Origin: Antechinus flavipes
Taxonomy: Eukaryota
Direction: 5' to 3'
Length of the DNA stretch: 64,000 nt
Assembly: GCF_016432865.1 (NCBI RefSeq)
Contig: NC_067403.1
Span: 118,482,001 to 118,546,000, forward strand
Shown: positions 38,162 to 51,673 of the stretch, one piece after another
How the letters are laid out: each line of letters starts with the position of its first letter
Position numbering within the stretch: the stretch's first letter is position 1
Made by a program: the position numbers and the translations under genes
Notes under the pieces: model-generated
Told to the model about the DNA's origin: nothing
What the model saw: the letters and a program-made list of their open reading frames with translations, nothing else
Databases searched by the model: none

Positions 38162-38540
38162 ACTTCGACAACGATATTGTATGAGGACATATTTTGATGG
38201 AAGTGGATTTCTTTGACAAAGAGACCTGAGTTTCAATTGATAAATGACGGACAAAAGCAGCTACACCCAAAGAAAGAACACTGGGAAACGAATGTAAACT
38301 ATCTGCATTTTTGTTTTTCTTCCCGGATTATTTATACCTTCTGAATCCAATTCTCCCTACGCAACAAGAGAACTGTTCGGTTCTGCAAACATATATTGTA
38401 TCTAGGATATACTGCAACATATCCAACATATAAAGGACTGCTTGCCATCTAGGGGAGGGGGTGGAGGGAGGGAGGGGGAAAAAAATCGGAACAGAAACGA
38501 GTGTCAATATAATGTAATTATTAAATAAAAAATTTAAAAA
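38162..38540 (+). mobile_element. Young 5'-truncated L1 3'UTR with a 15-bp TSD
   Basis: Exact TSD aaaaaataactggtt at 38147-38161 and 38541-38555, TT/AAAA endonuclease site, G-rich tract, several CpGs retained. Confidence 0.9.
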
Positions 38541-38913
38541 AAAAAATAACTGGTTGTTCAGGATATGCATATACTCAATATTTCTATTTGTTTCTGTAAT
38601 TTATATTTTATTTTTGAAGTATTCAGAAATAATAGATCTCATCATTGGCAAGTTTTCTTTAGGAAATGGTGATTTACACAATGGGAAGGAGGGGATAAAA
38701 ATTTATGTTATAAAGTCATATGCTTGGAAAAGAAAATCCTTTTCCTGAATCACCTTGGCTTCATTAATTTACCTTTTTCTAAAAAAAGGAAAAATTTCCC
38801 ATAGTATTTAGATTTTCAAAAGTTCCTTATATAATAATTCCACTAGAATGAGGAGGGGAAAACAGTGTGATTATTTTTTGCAGCTCTATTCACCAATCCC
38901 TTATCCCAGTCAA

Positions 38914-39375
38914 TGTTCTGAAGTAACTCTCTCTAACCTGAAGTAACTAACTAACCCGAAGCTAAGAGCCTCTTTATATATGATCTCCCAAAGGTTGACT
39001 CCTCTTTCTGGAGGCACACCTAAGGGAGGTGTGAATTCACAAAGTTACAAAATTTACTTTGTGAATCTCCCATACTTGTGAACTCCAATGAGTACTGGTG
39101 TGAACACAAGCATTGTATCAATTAGTTCTACTTAGTACCTTGTTTCAGTTTCTGGCCCAAAACATCTCTTTGTAAAATCAGATCAGTGATACTGAACCAT
39201 GCTAATTTAGATAATTATTGTCTCTATCAACTCTAATGACTTAACAATTTGTAAAGATTCCAACATCTCCTGCTTTCTTTTGTTTTAGAACATAATGTGG
39301 TCATGACCTCCCTGACTTCTCAAGGAGGTAAGAACCCCAAAAAGGTGATCACGCCTTCCCTGACTGCTCAAAAAA
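38914..39375 (-). mobile_element. ERV 3' remnant: internal tail, PPT and truncated 3' LTR
   Basis: On the minus strand, PPT AAAAGAAAGCAGGAGA (39281-39266) abuts TGTTGGAATC (39265 downward); TATATAAA at 38980-38973; no AATAAA before it ends near 38914. Confidence 0.75.
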
Positions 39376-39609
39376 ACTATACAACTATATGGGGTTAGTT
39401 AAAAACAATCCAAAATCAGAATTTACAGTGAATTTTTCTTTTTTTTGACCTTATATTTACCATCCTTTAAGAGAACTAGATATATCTGTGGTCTGAATCT
39501 TACACGTACTTCTTTTCTAGGTGATAGGAATCTCAGGAAGAGTATCATTATTTGACATTGGCTTAGTTTGTAAACAGGCAAATCAGTTTTCTTAACTTCT
39601 TTTTAAAAA

Positions 39610-39672
39610 AGAAGGAAGAAGAAGAAGAGGAGGAGGAGGAGGAGGAGGAGGAGGAGAAGGAGGAGGAGGAGA
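39610..39672. repeat. (GAA)n-(GAG)n trinucleotide repeat
   Basis: Read directly. Confidence 0.95.
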
Positions 39673-41097
39673 TAATGGATGTATGAACCAGACAATTCTC
39701 ATTTTCTAAGATTTATAGGGTCAGCATTATATAGATTGTTTATTTATTTCTTCCTCGGCACTATGTTTGTAGTTCCAGTATCTACCACCAGTTGAAGGAT
39801 TATGATGTATAGACTAACCACAGTGTTGGGCTTTCTCTCAACATAGCTATAAAGCATAGTGCTTTTTTATTCAAATTCACCTTATAAGAACTAATTTCCC
39901 AGAAACCCCATGTGTTGGGTTTACCCAGACCCAAGACTTCTCCTGAATCACTCTTTGCTTCATGATCTTACCCAGGGAATCACCTGTGAATATCAAAATA
40001 GAGCTGATATTTAGTTTTCTGTAGATGTGATTAAAAGACTCTTCCATATGAATTCAATTTAATAATATATAAAGGTTACCAGACAATTTCATTTCACCCC
40101 ATTGAAGAAATGCAAAATAAAACAAAATAGCCTATAAATATTCATAAGTAACCATGCTTATCTATCTAGAGAGTTCTACTCCCCCTCTCTATTCACCAAT
40201 TCCTTACCTCTGACCTGGTCACTTATTTATTCCCTCCAGACTCATATCTTCAGTTTGTGGTAGAGATTTCCTCAATAAGGAAATGCATTTCAGTCTGATG
40301 GAAAGATAGCCCATCCTATCTAAGTGAGTCTTTCATCCTTCTCTTAAGGTCCTTATTAATATAATCGTCCAAATTTAAAGGAAAATCCAAGTAATGATAA
40401 TAATAATTGAGAACTTTTAAAAAATAAAATACTTTCATGCTTCAAAGATGTAGGATTTCATCTGTGTAAGTATTCCTGCCATTTATGTTTATGGCAGCAT
40501 AGTAGACCATTGTCTTAAGTTGGTGTGGTCAAGAACAACTCAATGAATGGTTTGACATTTTTGTGATAAGCCTGCTCCAATTTAGCTTAGTTCATTCTGA
40601 CAAGAAACCTCTGGCACATTACCAAGCCCAAACTTGAAGTCTTTATATCTAGGTAAAATATGTCAATTTCTACCTCAGTATCTTATGATAAATAAGAATC
40701 ATCTCTTTACTATGATGAGGAATTTAGAGTAGGACATTTAAAGAGGTTGATTGGAAAAAAATTAGATTTGCATGAGCAATAAACATGAAATTAAGCTGAA
40801 AAATCAATTGATACAGAAGTTCTTGTTATAAAAATAATAGAAGTATCCATGAGAAATTATAATAACAATAATTATTATTATTTTTACCACACCATAGCTG
40901 TAATAGTGTTGGAAATTTGAGATGAGGAAATATTCCATATATATGTATATGGGCATCAGTTCTGTAATTTCAAGGAGTTGTCTTGGGCTAAGAGAGGGTT
41001 AGTGTCTTGTATTGATTTACACAGTTAATTGAAGCCTTGAGCCCATATCTGCCTGACTTCTCTGGCCACTAAACTGTATTGCCTCTCATTTTTGTTC

Positions 41098-41160
41098 AAT
41101 CTAAATCTAAAATTCAAAAATCCAAATCTAAAAATCTAAAATCTAAAAATCCAAAATAAA
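41098..41160. repeat. Degenerate (AAATCT)-like tandem repeat
   Basis: aatctaaatctaaaattcaaaaatccaaatctaaaaatctaaaatctaaaaatccaaaa. Confidence 0.8.
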
Positions 41161-42439
41161 AACTCAGTAAATTGAAATATGACTATTTGCTTTTAAAAAA
41201 CCATTTCTGCAAATAAAATATTTCCTTAATTTAAACTAACATAATTTATTTTTAAAATCTATTTATATCCATATTTTAAGGACTACACATTGCATACAAT
41301 AAAGTACAACCTGATTAGGGCTTTTTTTCTCATTATGCAATTAGTCATCAAGTTGACTAAAATGTAATTTTCATGTGAAAGTCAAAGGCTTCAGGGGAGA
41401 AGAGGAAAATTTATAAGGGAATTTTCATAGAGCTAGAAAAGAAAGCTGACAATTCATGAAGTGGTAAAAGAGTATAGGGAAATGCCAACAGTTCTTGCAT
41501 AATTACTGAGAACGGATCAGCTCCATCCAAGACTATCCTTATGTGGTATTAATGGTACTTAAATAGAGCTTTTAAGTAATAAAAGCAATATTATTGAGTC
41601 CAATTCATCTTTAAAACTCATTTGACTATGAAGAATCAGATACCAAGAATAAAGGGCTTAGCGTGAATGAAAATATATGCAGTTCACAATATAGTAAAAA
41701 GAAAAATAATACAAAACTGAAAAATGTTTTCACTAGACTTTTTTTAGTGCCATGGATTTAACCAGCTGGAATTACTGTTGAAGCACCATCCAAATCAACC
41801 TTTTAAAGGAACAGATTTGCCTTTTAATAGGAAATACACATTTCATCATAAAAATGAAGTAAGGTGGCTTTGGCTAAGTTATTCTCCACAGAAGGATGCT
41901 CCCTTTTTTGTCCTAGATGCTTAGCATATAGTGAAGAACACAGATTATAGAAAATTTGCTTCAGGCATGGAAGATTAGAGGCATGCAGATGGACAGATAG
42001 AGGAAAATTAAAAATGCAAGCTCTCTTTCTAGTGTCCTGAATACCATATAATGATGTCATCTGCTTAACAACAAGGAATCCCTAAGAATAGAATAAGATA
42101 AGAGAAAAACAGTTTTAGGAAATTGGAGTTATAGTCTAGGAAAAGTCAACAGCAACTTGAAAAAAAAAAATCATGTATTATACAGTATGTATGTCTCAAA
42201 CTTTTCCTTATTTGGGTGAGGAAAATGTGTTTTAAATAATACCTTGAATTTAGCTGAAAATAATTTTTTTAAAAAGGAAAGACTAAGATATCTGTGTCTC
42301 TGCTTTCTGGAAAAAAGTTATAATAGCACATTGTTATAGCATTGGCAATTCAATTAAGAAGTCTGTTCATCTTGGCATATTTTCAATAAAAGTCAACAAT
42401 ACTATGAGTTGACATTTATGTAGTATTTTTAAGTCCTTC

Positions 42440-42635
42440 AAAGAAGAATTTTTAAAATACATGATCTCATTTGTGTCTCACAACAACTCTGTGAGGCAGG
42501 TAGTATAGGAATTATTATCCTTGTTTACCTGATGGGAAAACTGAAGTTCAGGGCAGTCATATGACTTCACCATGATTAAGCAGCTAATAAGTGTCAAAGG
42601 TAGTACATAGATCCTTCCAACCCTGAAGCCAGTGC
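42440..42635 (-). mobile_element. MIR-family SINE
   Basis: atctcatttgtgtctcacaacaactctgtgaggcaggt...gatgggaaaactgaag. Confidence 0.7.
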
Positions 42636-43223
42636 TCAAACCAGGAGATCACCCTGCCTCTCATTTTTAAAGTTGTAGGAATAATTTAGGCTGTTTGAGC
42701 ATGTATTGAAATATATATGAATATAAAGCATCCAAAAACTGGAAAAAGGTCCAAATGACACAATGATAAAAGTATATTTTCTCTCTATTAATAATGCTAT
42801 AATATTTACCATTGCCATAAAAATTTTGTGAGAAATAATGTTTTCATAATTTAATATATTCAACTGATAGAGTACAAACAGTAGGGGTAATTTAAAGAAT
42901 ATGTGTATATATATGTATATATATGTGCATGTATATACATGTACACACACGTGTGTAATATAGAGAAGTATTAGAAAGAGGACTGATTTTTGTGTTAGAC
43001 TGAGATATGGATTCTGTTTCTGACACTTACTAGTTTTATAACCATGAATAAATCTTATCTCTAAGAACCTCTGGGAAACTCCCTGCAACTTGAAATTTGA
43101 AGGTAGTGGTAGATAGATCAACATTGACTGAAGGAATTCCCCTCACTGGGATGAAGTCACCTGAAAGAGCTATGTCTTACTTCTTGTAGTCCCTGACTGT
43201 GCAAACCTAGATACTTATTTAAC

Positions 43224-43409
43224 TAGTGGTGTGAAATATGACCTGAGATCCACTTATATCCCACAATTCTCAAATGCTGCTTTAATCAGACTAAAATGTA
43301 ATTGGGAATTATTGAACAAAATAAATAAAACGCAGATAATTTGTAACTTTCTGAATCACTGTGTTGATCACAGGGATATTTAATAGCCACTTTGAGCTGG
43401 AGAACACTG
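43224..43409. mobile_element. hAT-type MITE (family A)
   Basis: Degenerate TIR tagtggtgtgaaa; internal cagactaaaatgtaattggga shared with the other copies. Confidence 0.5.
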
Positions 43410-44069
43410 TTTTAGACAATTCTCTAAGATTATAAATTGCATAAGAGATACCAATTCAAATCAGTAGTGGGAGTTTCTTCATTTAGAGAGTTCTGTATTT
43501 CAGCGAAATCTTAAATACAGTTCCAGGTCCAATTCCTATCCCTATTCCTAATATAATTATATGATAAAAATGAACATTTATATAGTATTTTTAAAAATAA
43601 ATTAATATGATTAACCAGAGAGGAATGACTTTTCCCCTTCTTGATTTTACTTGTATACATCTATAATGTAGGTTTGAAAAATTTATCAAATTTTAAAATT
43701 TTTTAAAAATACTATTGAATTTTTAAAGAGAGTAACAGGACGTCTGAATTCTCCTTGTAGAGCAATCTTTTACTATCAATTTAAGGGTAACATGCAGAGG
43801 TATGCTGGAGTTAATTCTTGTTTATTGTTTAATGTTCATTGGAGCATTCTCCTCTTAGAGATCTGAAAATGTACAAATCAGACTTTAATTTATTGTTTTG
43901 TTAATTGACTAGATTTGGGAAAGTGATGAGGATTAAGATTACAGATTAAATTTTAAAGAGAGTCATGTATATTTCCACCTCTTTCTACTCCCAATGCTGG
44001 TTGTTAAATATTTACTAGCACACCACAGATATATGACTTTTGGTCAGGTAATCATAGTGTCTGTCACTA

Positions 44070-44360
44070 GGAAAGTGAAAGAGATGAGGGGAAGGGGAAA
44101 GGAGGAGGAGAAGGAAAGAGAGATGTAAAAGAAGAAAGGAAGGGAGGTAGAAGAGTAGGGAAGGGAGTAAAGGGAATTAGAAAGGCAGAAAGGGACAGAA
44201 ACAGAAGACAGAGACACAGGAAGAGACAGAGAGACATGGAAACAGAGGGTCAAAGATGCAGAGGCAGAGGAACACAGGAGCAAAGGCAGAGAGACAACGG
44301 CAAACGGAGAGAAAGGCAGAGGGACACCGTGGTAGAATCAGAGGCAGAGAGATACAGCAT
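44070..44360. repeat. GA-rich low-complexity tract
   Basis: Purine-rich run read directly. Confidence 0.9.
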
Positions 44361-46596
44361 TCCTTTAAAAAATGATTTAAAGAAGATGTACGCATATGTG
44401 TAAAAAGAAATTTTCCTATGGTGAAATTAGCTGAGTTGGAAACTAAAAAACGAGAAAAAGAAAACACAGACTGCTTAGATGAGTGAAGGAAGTGAGTGAA
44501 GGCAGGAAGCAAAGAGGAAGATTCTTTGACAAAAAATCCCTCTCCAGCCTTTGACCTAAAGCTATTTAGGTGCTGAGAGCAAAGTAGTCTTGGGACTGTG
44601 ATGGGGGAAACAGAGAGTGTATAAGTAATAACTGTGTGTATGCTGACTGAGGAGTTTGGGGAATGCTTCTGTTTGACTTTGGAAGGGAAAAAAGCTCAAG
44701 GAAATCCAGCTAAGATCAGACTAAGTCACTGGCTCTCCTTAAATATTTTATTTTATAGTTACCAGGAAAGGACAAGAGGGAGACTAAGGACTAACCTATA
44801 TCCATTCGAATGTGACAATCTAAAACCTGAGCATCCAGAAGAAGGAATATTGCTTTTAACTTTCTTCTCTCCCTCATCTCTGGCACTGCCCTCCAGCCAA
44901 TAGTTTTTATAATCTCCTTTTTTGGAAGCTAGAATCTGTCAGTGAATATTATGTAGTCTGGACTAAGAAGCTCTGAAAGTGATAGAGCTATAGTAGAAGA
45001 ACCAAGTCTGATTAATATATGTAGATATATAGTCATTGTGTCATTAGTATATGAATTGCCATATAACAGATACATTCATGAAGACAACCGAGGGGGAGAA
45101 AGTGTTCTAAAGGCTCATAAGCACATACTGCAATTGTGTGTAACATTAATTAGTTAGCATTCACTAAGTTTATATGCTTAAAAATTGAATATTTTAAAAC
45201 CAACTACAATTAAGCAGTTTGGTAGAAAGCCTATGCCAAAATTGCTGTGCCTATACACCCTAGCATTTTCAAAGCTATGTACCATATTTTACAGATACGA
45301 GGGTGGGGGGGGGAATAAAAGATGTATAAACCCTTTCAGAGCAAAAAAAAAAAAATCAGCAATAAAAACATGTTTTAAGGGAAAAAAAAACCTTTATGTT
45401 TCTAGTAAATGGTTTGAGATAAGAAACAATTACTGAAATTGTGAACAAAGTAAATTATTATCAAGAATTTTAAGCTAGCAGGGATATTGAAGATGATTTA
45501 ATCCTCTGCAGAAGCAGAGGAAAGAGACTTTTTCAAGATCACACATAGTAGGCAGCAGATCCCAGTGTTCAATCCTAAATCCTTGATTGTTATATCTACT
45601 GCTCTTTTTACCTGAGTGCATGATTCTTAATTTGATTTGATATTCAAATGAGTCAGAAATTTTCAAATTGTTTCATCCCATGACTTTCAGAGCCCCCTTA
45701 AAAAAGGTGAATATTTCTCTGAATGAACTTCTAAATATTTTCTCATGAGTGTGTCAACAGAACACAGAATGGAAGGAATGCCTATCCCAAAAATAAGCTC
45801 ATAGAAATATTGGTTTCTTGTGCCAAATAAGAGAATCTACCTTATAGGCCATCTCTGATACTATCTGTAAATCAAAAGTAATAAATTTACAAAAAACTCT
45901 GTAATGCTGACTGGAACAGATGAAAATTTAGTTGAGAAATGTTTAAGAAAATAAATAAAAATACAGTACAACAAAGATCATGTTCATTTATAATTTTCTA
46001 AGGCAAAATGTGATTTACAGTAATCCATTTCTGTTTCAGTGGGGCACCAATGCCATAAACACATTGTTTCTACCTCATTGTTTCTTCCATCTATTCTCCC
46101 TTAGAATGTAAGTTCCTTGAGGGAAAGGACTGTTTAATGTTCTGTTACTTATCAAAGAGCTCATAAAAAATGCTGAAGAAATTAATCAATGATATTCAGC
46201 AATTGCTTCAGTTCTAAAATGTACAATATGCCCAGCTCTTTAATAAAGACTTCTCAAGTGCCCTCAACTGCATATTTTATATTTTCTCTGTGTCCCTGTA
46301 ATACCTGGGACTTCTCTTCAATCTTTCAATTCTGAAACCTAGAATTCTTATCTTTCTATTTTGTTTTTAGCTTAATCTTTATTTCAGCCCCAAACTATCT
46401 CCTTCCCTTCATCTTCTCCTCTCCCTTACTCACTGAGAAGGGAAGAAATACGAAACCCATTTTACAAATGGAATTACACCAAAGAAAAAATTTTTTCACA
46501 TTAGCCATGTTGCCAAAAAAAGTGGAAAAGCTATGCTTCCTTTTGTACAGAGATTATTAATTACTTCTCTTTCTGAAGGGGAAAGCATCTTATATC

Positions 46597-46789
46597 ATGA
46601 GTTTAACATTTGGGTTATAGAGACGTCACCAGTAGTCTGATGAAGTTTGTGGGCAGACCTTTTCTCAGAATCTTGTTTTTAAATGGATAAAATAAAATAC
46701 AGAAGATTACTTTTTAAAAGCCAATTATATAAAAATACAATTATCAAAATATTTTTTAAAAATAGTTCACATCTTGATCTAAGACCTGG
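46597..46789. mobile_element. hAT-Charlie-type MITE (family B), opposite orientation to 25848
   Basis: agtctgatgaagtt...ttctcagaat...aaataaaatacagaagattac...ccaattata...ttatcaaaatattttttaaaa. Confidence 0.6.
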
Positions 46790-47668
46790 ATCTAAAATTT
46801 AATATAAGATTCTAGAAAGTCACTGTTGAAAAACTATAACTTGCTTTTGTATTTTGACTAATTTTGTTTAAGTTTTACAACACTTCTTCTTTCCTCATAA
46901 TAATCTTGGGTGCTAGATTCATCTCCTTAATGACACAATCTGCAAGTCTGCAGCTTTGAAGTTCACCTACTTTTAAAGAAAGTGATTTTTTTTTCTATTA
47001 TGGTTTAGAAGAGTTGGTTTCAGTAAAGGCGCTTCCAAACATGCAGGTTCTCCTCAGAGTTATTTGAAGTTCTAGCTTTCACAAGCCCTGCTGACATGCC
47101 CCTCTCTCAGCATGGACTCCTGTACCTTTGGTTTGGTGAATTTCCCTTGATCTGCCATAGATGTGTTTCCTTGGGGTCCCTCCAGATGCAGTGATGCATT
47201 TCTTGAGCTGATTTACACAGAGAACGTTTCCCTCATTTGGCACTCCCTGGGGCCCTTCCGAATAATCATGCTACATCTGGCAACTTAACTGATTTTAACA
47301 CTACAGCTTTGGTTCATTGTACCCTTGGCACATTGGTTTCCAGTAGGCACTGCCGTGGATGTTTTTATTTATTTATTTACAAATATATCTTCACGCTCTC
47401 GACTGCTATCTTTCCCCTGTGGAGGGTTTTCTCCTAAAACTTGGCACATTCTCAGTGGAGATCTATGTGCCTTCCCTATGATGCTTCAAACCTTATTTTA
47501 GTAGAACCCTGCAGATACACTCTTATTGTCTTAAAGTAGCTTCAGCTATAATATGAAGTAGATAAACATATGGCTGCTTTCCTGAGAAATAACTGATGCA
47601 TATTTAAAGGGTAAAATACTGTATACCACATATAGAATGCTTCATTCTTCTCTTTACAGAATCTAAAA

Positions 47669-47867
47669 CAGAGGTGTCAAATACAATGTGGCAGCACTAC
47701 TTTGGAGTACAGTTGGAACCAGATTAAAATATAATTGAGAAATATTTTTTAAAATAAATGGAAACAAAAAAGAGATAATTATCTATTATTATTAAGACTA
47801 TATTAACATGTGGTTTTCTAAGTCATTATTCAGCCCATTATTTCTGTTTTGATTTTTGAGGCTACTG
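47669..47867. mobile_element. hAT-type MITE (family A)
   Basis: TIR cagaggtgtcaaa; internal tggttttctaagtca; flanking 8-mers atctaaaa / gtccaaaa differ by two transitions, consistent with a decayed 8-bp TSD. Confidence 0.65.
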
Positions 47868-48315
47868 GTCCAAAAGACACATAGACAGGCTAATTTAGTA
47901 GTGTTAGGGCCATACCTATTTATATAATGGTCTCAGAAAAACTATTTCATTGGATCTATATCTACTCAAAACCACAGAACACAAGTCCTCTCTGTTATAT
48001 ATTACTAACACTAGTCAGAGTGAGGACACAATTCAAAGCAAAGTAATTTAACAAAATAGTAGCAATAGAATTAATTTCCAAAAATTCAAATATCAATCTT
48101 CTAATAAGTACATATATAGAATGTGCCTTCATTCATTGTATTATCTTGCTTCAGACCTTTCTAGGAGACAATCAGACTCTTTGCACAGTAAATAGTCAAA
48201 CTAGAAAATATTTTTAGTTCGCTTTTCAACAAAAAGTGAAGAAACTGTGAAATCCCCTAATGTTTGTCTTCTTGAACCAAGTTGAAAGATCTTTGCTTCC
48301 TTGAAACAAACTCAT

Positions 48316-48562
48316 AGGACTAAGTATTGTAGTGGATAGAGTGCTGAGCTTGGAGTGAGGAAGACATGAGTTCAAATTCAGCCTCAAACACTGGCTGTGT
48401 GATTCTGGGCAAGTCATTTAATTCCCTTTGCCTTAGTTTCCTCATCTCTAAAATGAGCTAGAAAAGGAAATGGAAGACCACTTCATTATTTTTGCCAAAG
48501 AACCCAAAATAAGCCAGATGGAGGTCATGAAGATTTGACACAACTGAAAATGATTAAATAGC
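48316..48562 (+). mobile_element. Mar1-type SINE
   Basis: gtagtggatagagtgctg head, CORE, and gctagaaaaggaaatgg...tttgccaaagaaccc tail. Confidence 0.8.
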
Positions 48563-51500
48563 AACGTCAAGAAAAACAAGTGAGTAAATAGAGTCCCAAA
48601 ACATTTGGGACATAGATCTTTGAATATGCTTCCTTTTGATCAACATCTTTGTTTCAAACTTCTGTTCAATTTAGAGTTAGAAAATCCTTTCATCTCCTAA
48701 TGAATTATTATCAATGTTTATCCCCACCTAAATCATTTGAGGGAAAGCCTTCCAAAAAAAAAAAAAAAAAAAAAACAACCCCAAAAAAGGATTATCTGAT
48801 TTGAAAGACTTGTACTTTTTGTCTGTCCTACCATAATCTTTTGGAACTGATATGCAAATGAAGGAGGAAGGACAACAATAAAAACCACCCCACTCAAATT
48901 GTGGGAAATTTCAGAAATAGTCCATTAATGGATGATAATACATCAATATTTCATTCCATAACTCTGTCTATGTTATGTATGTAATTTTCTAAAGTTTCCC
49001 TAACTTTGAGTCACATTGTATAGTTAAGAAGTAAAAGACAGTTTCAGCTTAGGGGTAGAACAGTCATAGTAATCATTGCAGATAGAGTTACCAAAATTAA
49101 ACAACAACAAAAACTATCCACATCAGGACTTATCAGTCAGAGCACCCCCAGTTTCTGGGATGAAATGCCAGCCAAACTGATCAAATACCAACCAGTTAGC
49201 AACTCTGTTTTTAGTGAGGAAAAATTCCATACAATTTGAATCTTTTAATTTTCAATTTATTTTCTCTGTTGTTGCCATATACAATTTTCTTGAGTATATG
49301 AAGTAAATATTTCATGTGAGTGCAATCTTGTGCCCCTTTTCATGCCACAACTAATTCTTATGCCCAGAATTCCTTTAATGATAGCCAAGAGGAGCCATTG
49401 TCTTTGTTCTACAAAATAGATTCTTTTGATTCTCAAATATCAGTCACGTAAAATCTTGGGTTGAATATTTTCCTAATATTTCTAGATTTCCCTTTCTTAT
49501 ACAAATTTATTTTTTCCCACATATTAAAGTTTTCTCTCAGGCTTTTTTTAGGGGAATAGATCTATTCTGTTTGTCCTAAGGACACAAATAAAGGCTGGGC
49601 ATTACAAGAAGTTTCAGGGAGAAAAGAATGAAGCTCACGATAAAAGGAGGAACTTTTTAACAACTTAAATCTCTAAAATGACTTAAAATCAGTTTTCCAT
49701 TACCAGCTGTTTTCTAAGCAGTGGCTTTATGATTATTTCTTAGGCATGCTATAAAAGTAATTTTCATTTCAGGTAAGGGTTCCTTAAAATCTGGATTCAA
49801 GTATTGTCTCTGAAGGCTTGTTACTTTTGTGGTTGTGTACAAGTCCCTTAACACTCATGCATTTTAGTTTTCTCATCTTAAAATTAGATGACCTATCAGT
49901 CCTTTTCAGAGGATCAAATGAGTTAAGTGCTATATAAATGATAGTTATTATTTATCATTATTATTTTAGCCTTAAATCTCTGATTTTCTTAATAAGTCAT
50001 TATTAGATATTATTAGCAGTCATTACTGTTGTATCTTACTGAGGAAAAAGGGGGAAAAGTGACCATATGCCACAGAGTGATATGTATAAAGGCAGAAGGA
50101 AGGAAAATATTCCTTAAGGAAGAAAAGATAAATATTGCCCCTTTGACAGTTTTGCTGATAGCGATATGGTCTTCCTCTTATGGAAAAAAGATAATCTGTG
50201 CATTATGTACATAGAACCTTTTTGTGGTGAATAAAGGGTTTTTCTGTGATTGTATTACCATTCTTTTAGTGGAGAGCAGAAGATGGATATATTTTTTCCT
50301 TAGATCCATCACTCAGTCATTTGCTGAGCACTTATGATGGTTCTAGTATTGTGCTAGGAACTGATGATAGCTTCTAAAGATTATTTATTCAAATTGACCT
50401 GCTTTTCTTTAGGAATGCACTTTTTTTCAGGCTCCCAGAAAAACTGATATTTAATCTGCACAGTGTAAATGGCTCTGTTTCTTTTGTTGTCTGATAGCTT
50501 TAGCTGTCTATCATCCTTCAAGAATATGCTAGATGAATAACTTTGGTCAGTAGATGTGCAGATCTTCTTTCATTCTAGAAAAACAAGAAATGGCCTTGTA
50601 ATTCCCAGCTCATTTTGCCTCAAATATTTCCAAGAGTTTTAATAGTTCACTAATCTGTACAAGTGAGCACTGAGTCTGTTTTTTTTTATTGCTGATGTGC
50701 CTCAATTCTTTAGATGTGCATTTCTAAAAACTGTAAGGCTTAATGAAGTTGAAGTCAAGCAAAGCACATACGGTGCCCTCACACCAGCACTAGTGAAGTA
50801 CAGAATTATTAAGGAGTATCATCCTCTATCCCTCTGTGCCCTGCTTCTCCGCACAAAGGTCTACTGGTGTCTGAAGTCTGCTATATGGATAAAACTGAAT
50901 TACATCCATTAGCTAGCCACCGCCATCATAAGAGTTGTCGTTTATAATTTTAATTCATTCAAAATCACAGATGTAGCGGTATCTTATATTATACATTTTT
51001 CTAAATTCTCTAAGCTTAAAAATTCTTTCTTGCACATTTTAGTCCACTATTATTTTTATACTCAAATTCATATGCATTTCCCATCATAAAACTAAGAATA
51101 AATGAGAAACTTAGAAATTTATTTACTCAGTCCACCTGTCATTCTATTGATGTAATTGCTACACCTTTATCATAGAAGTCCAGCAGGAAGAACTTAAGGA
51201 TGAGGTATAATAGCCTATATAGTAGGAGCAATAGCTTTCATCAAAATTAAGATAATTTTTCCATAAAAGGAATCAAGAGGCTAATTTAACTCAGGAAACT
51301 AAGACTCATATTGTTGACATTGCTTCATGGTGGCCTAAACTGATCTCTCTCATGTTTGACTAATGTACCATGATGACCAGCAGAGAAAATGCACTTGGTG
51401 GAATCAATGTTGTATCCTTGCTGCCTATGCTTTACGTGCTATGGCTAAATCAGCTTACTTTTGTTAACTGTTTTGTGCTCCCAGAATAATTCTTTTTATT

Positions 51501-51673
51501 CCAACTTCAGACTTGAGGGACTAGAAAGATTGGATATCTATTTCTTTATCTGACAGAATTACTAGACATACATCAAAGATGCCATAGGCAGACTATACTG
51601 GGATTTCAGCAAAGCATTTGAAAAAGTCTTTCATGATACCTTTGTGGATCAAATGGAGAGATGTGGGTTAGAT

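Noticed and set aside
38165-38290. Minus-strand open stretch VLSLGVAAFVRHLSIETQ after a cccag acceptor
   Set aside because: Antisense of the TSD-bounded L1 3'UTR.
49760-49780. Plus-strand ttttcatttcAG|GTAAGG recursive-splice-like motif (a similar one at about 24141)
   Set aside because: Isolated motifs are expected by chance in AT-rich DNA, they lie on the opposite strand to the other candidates, and there is no supporting context.
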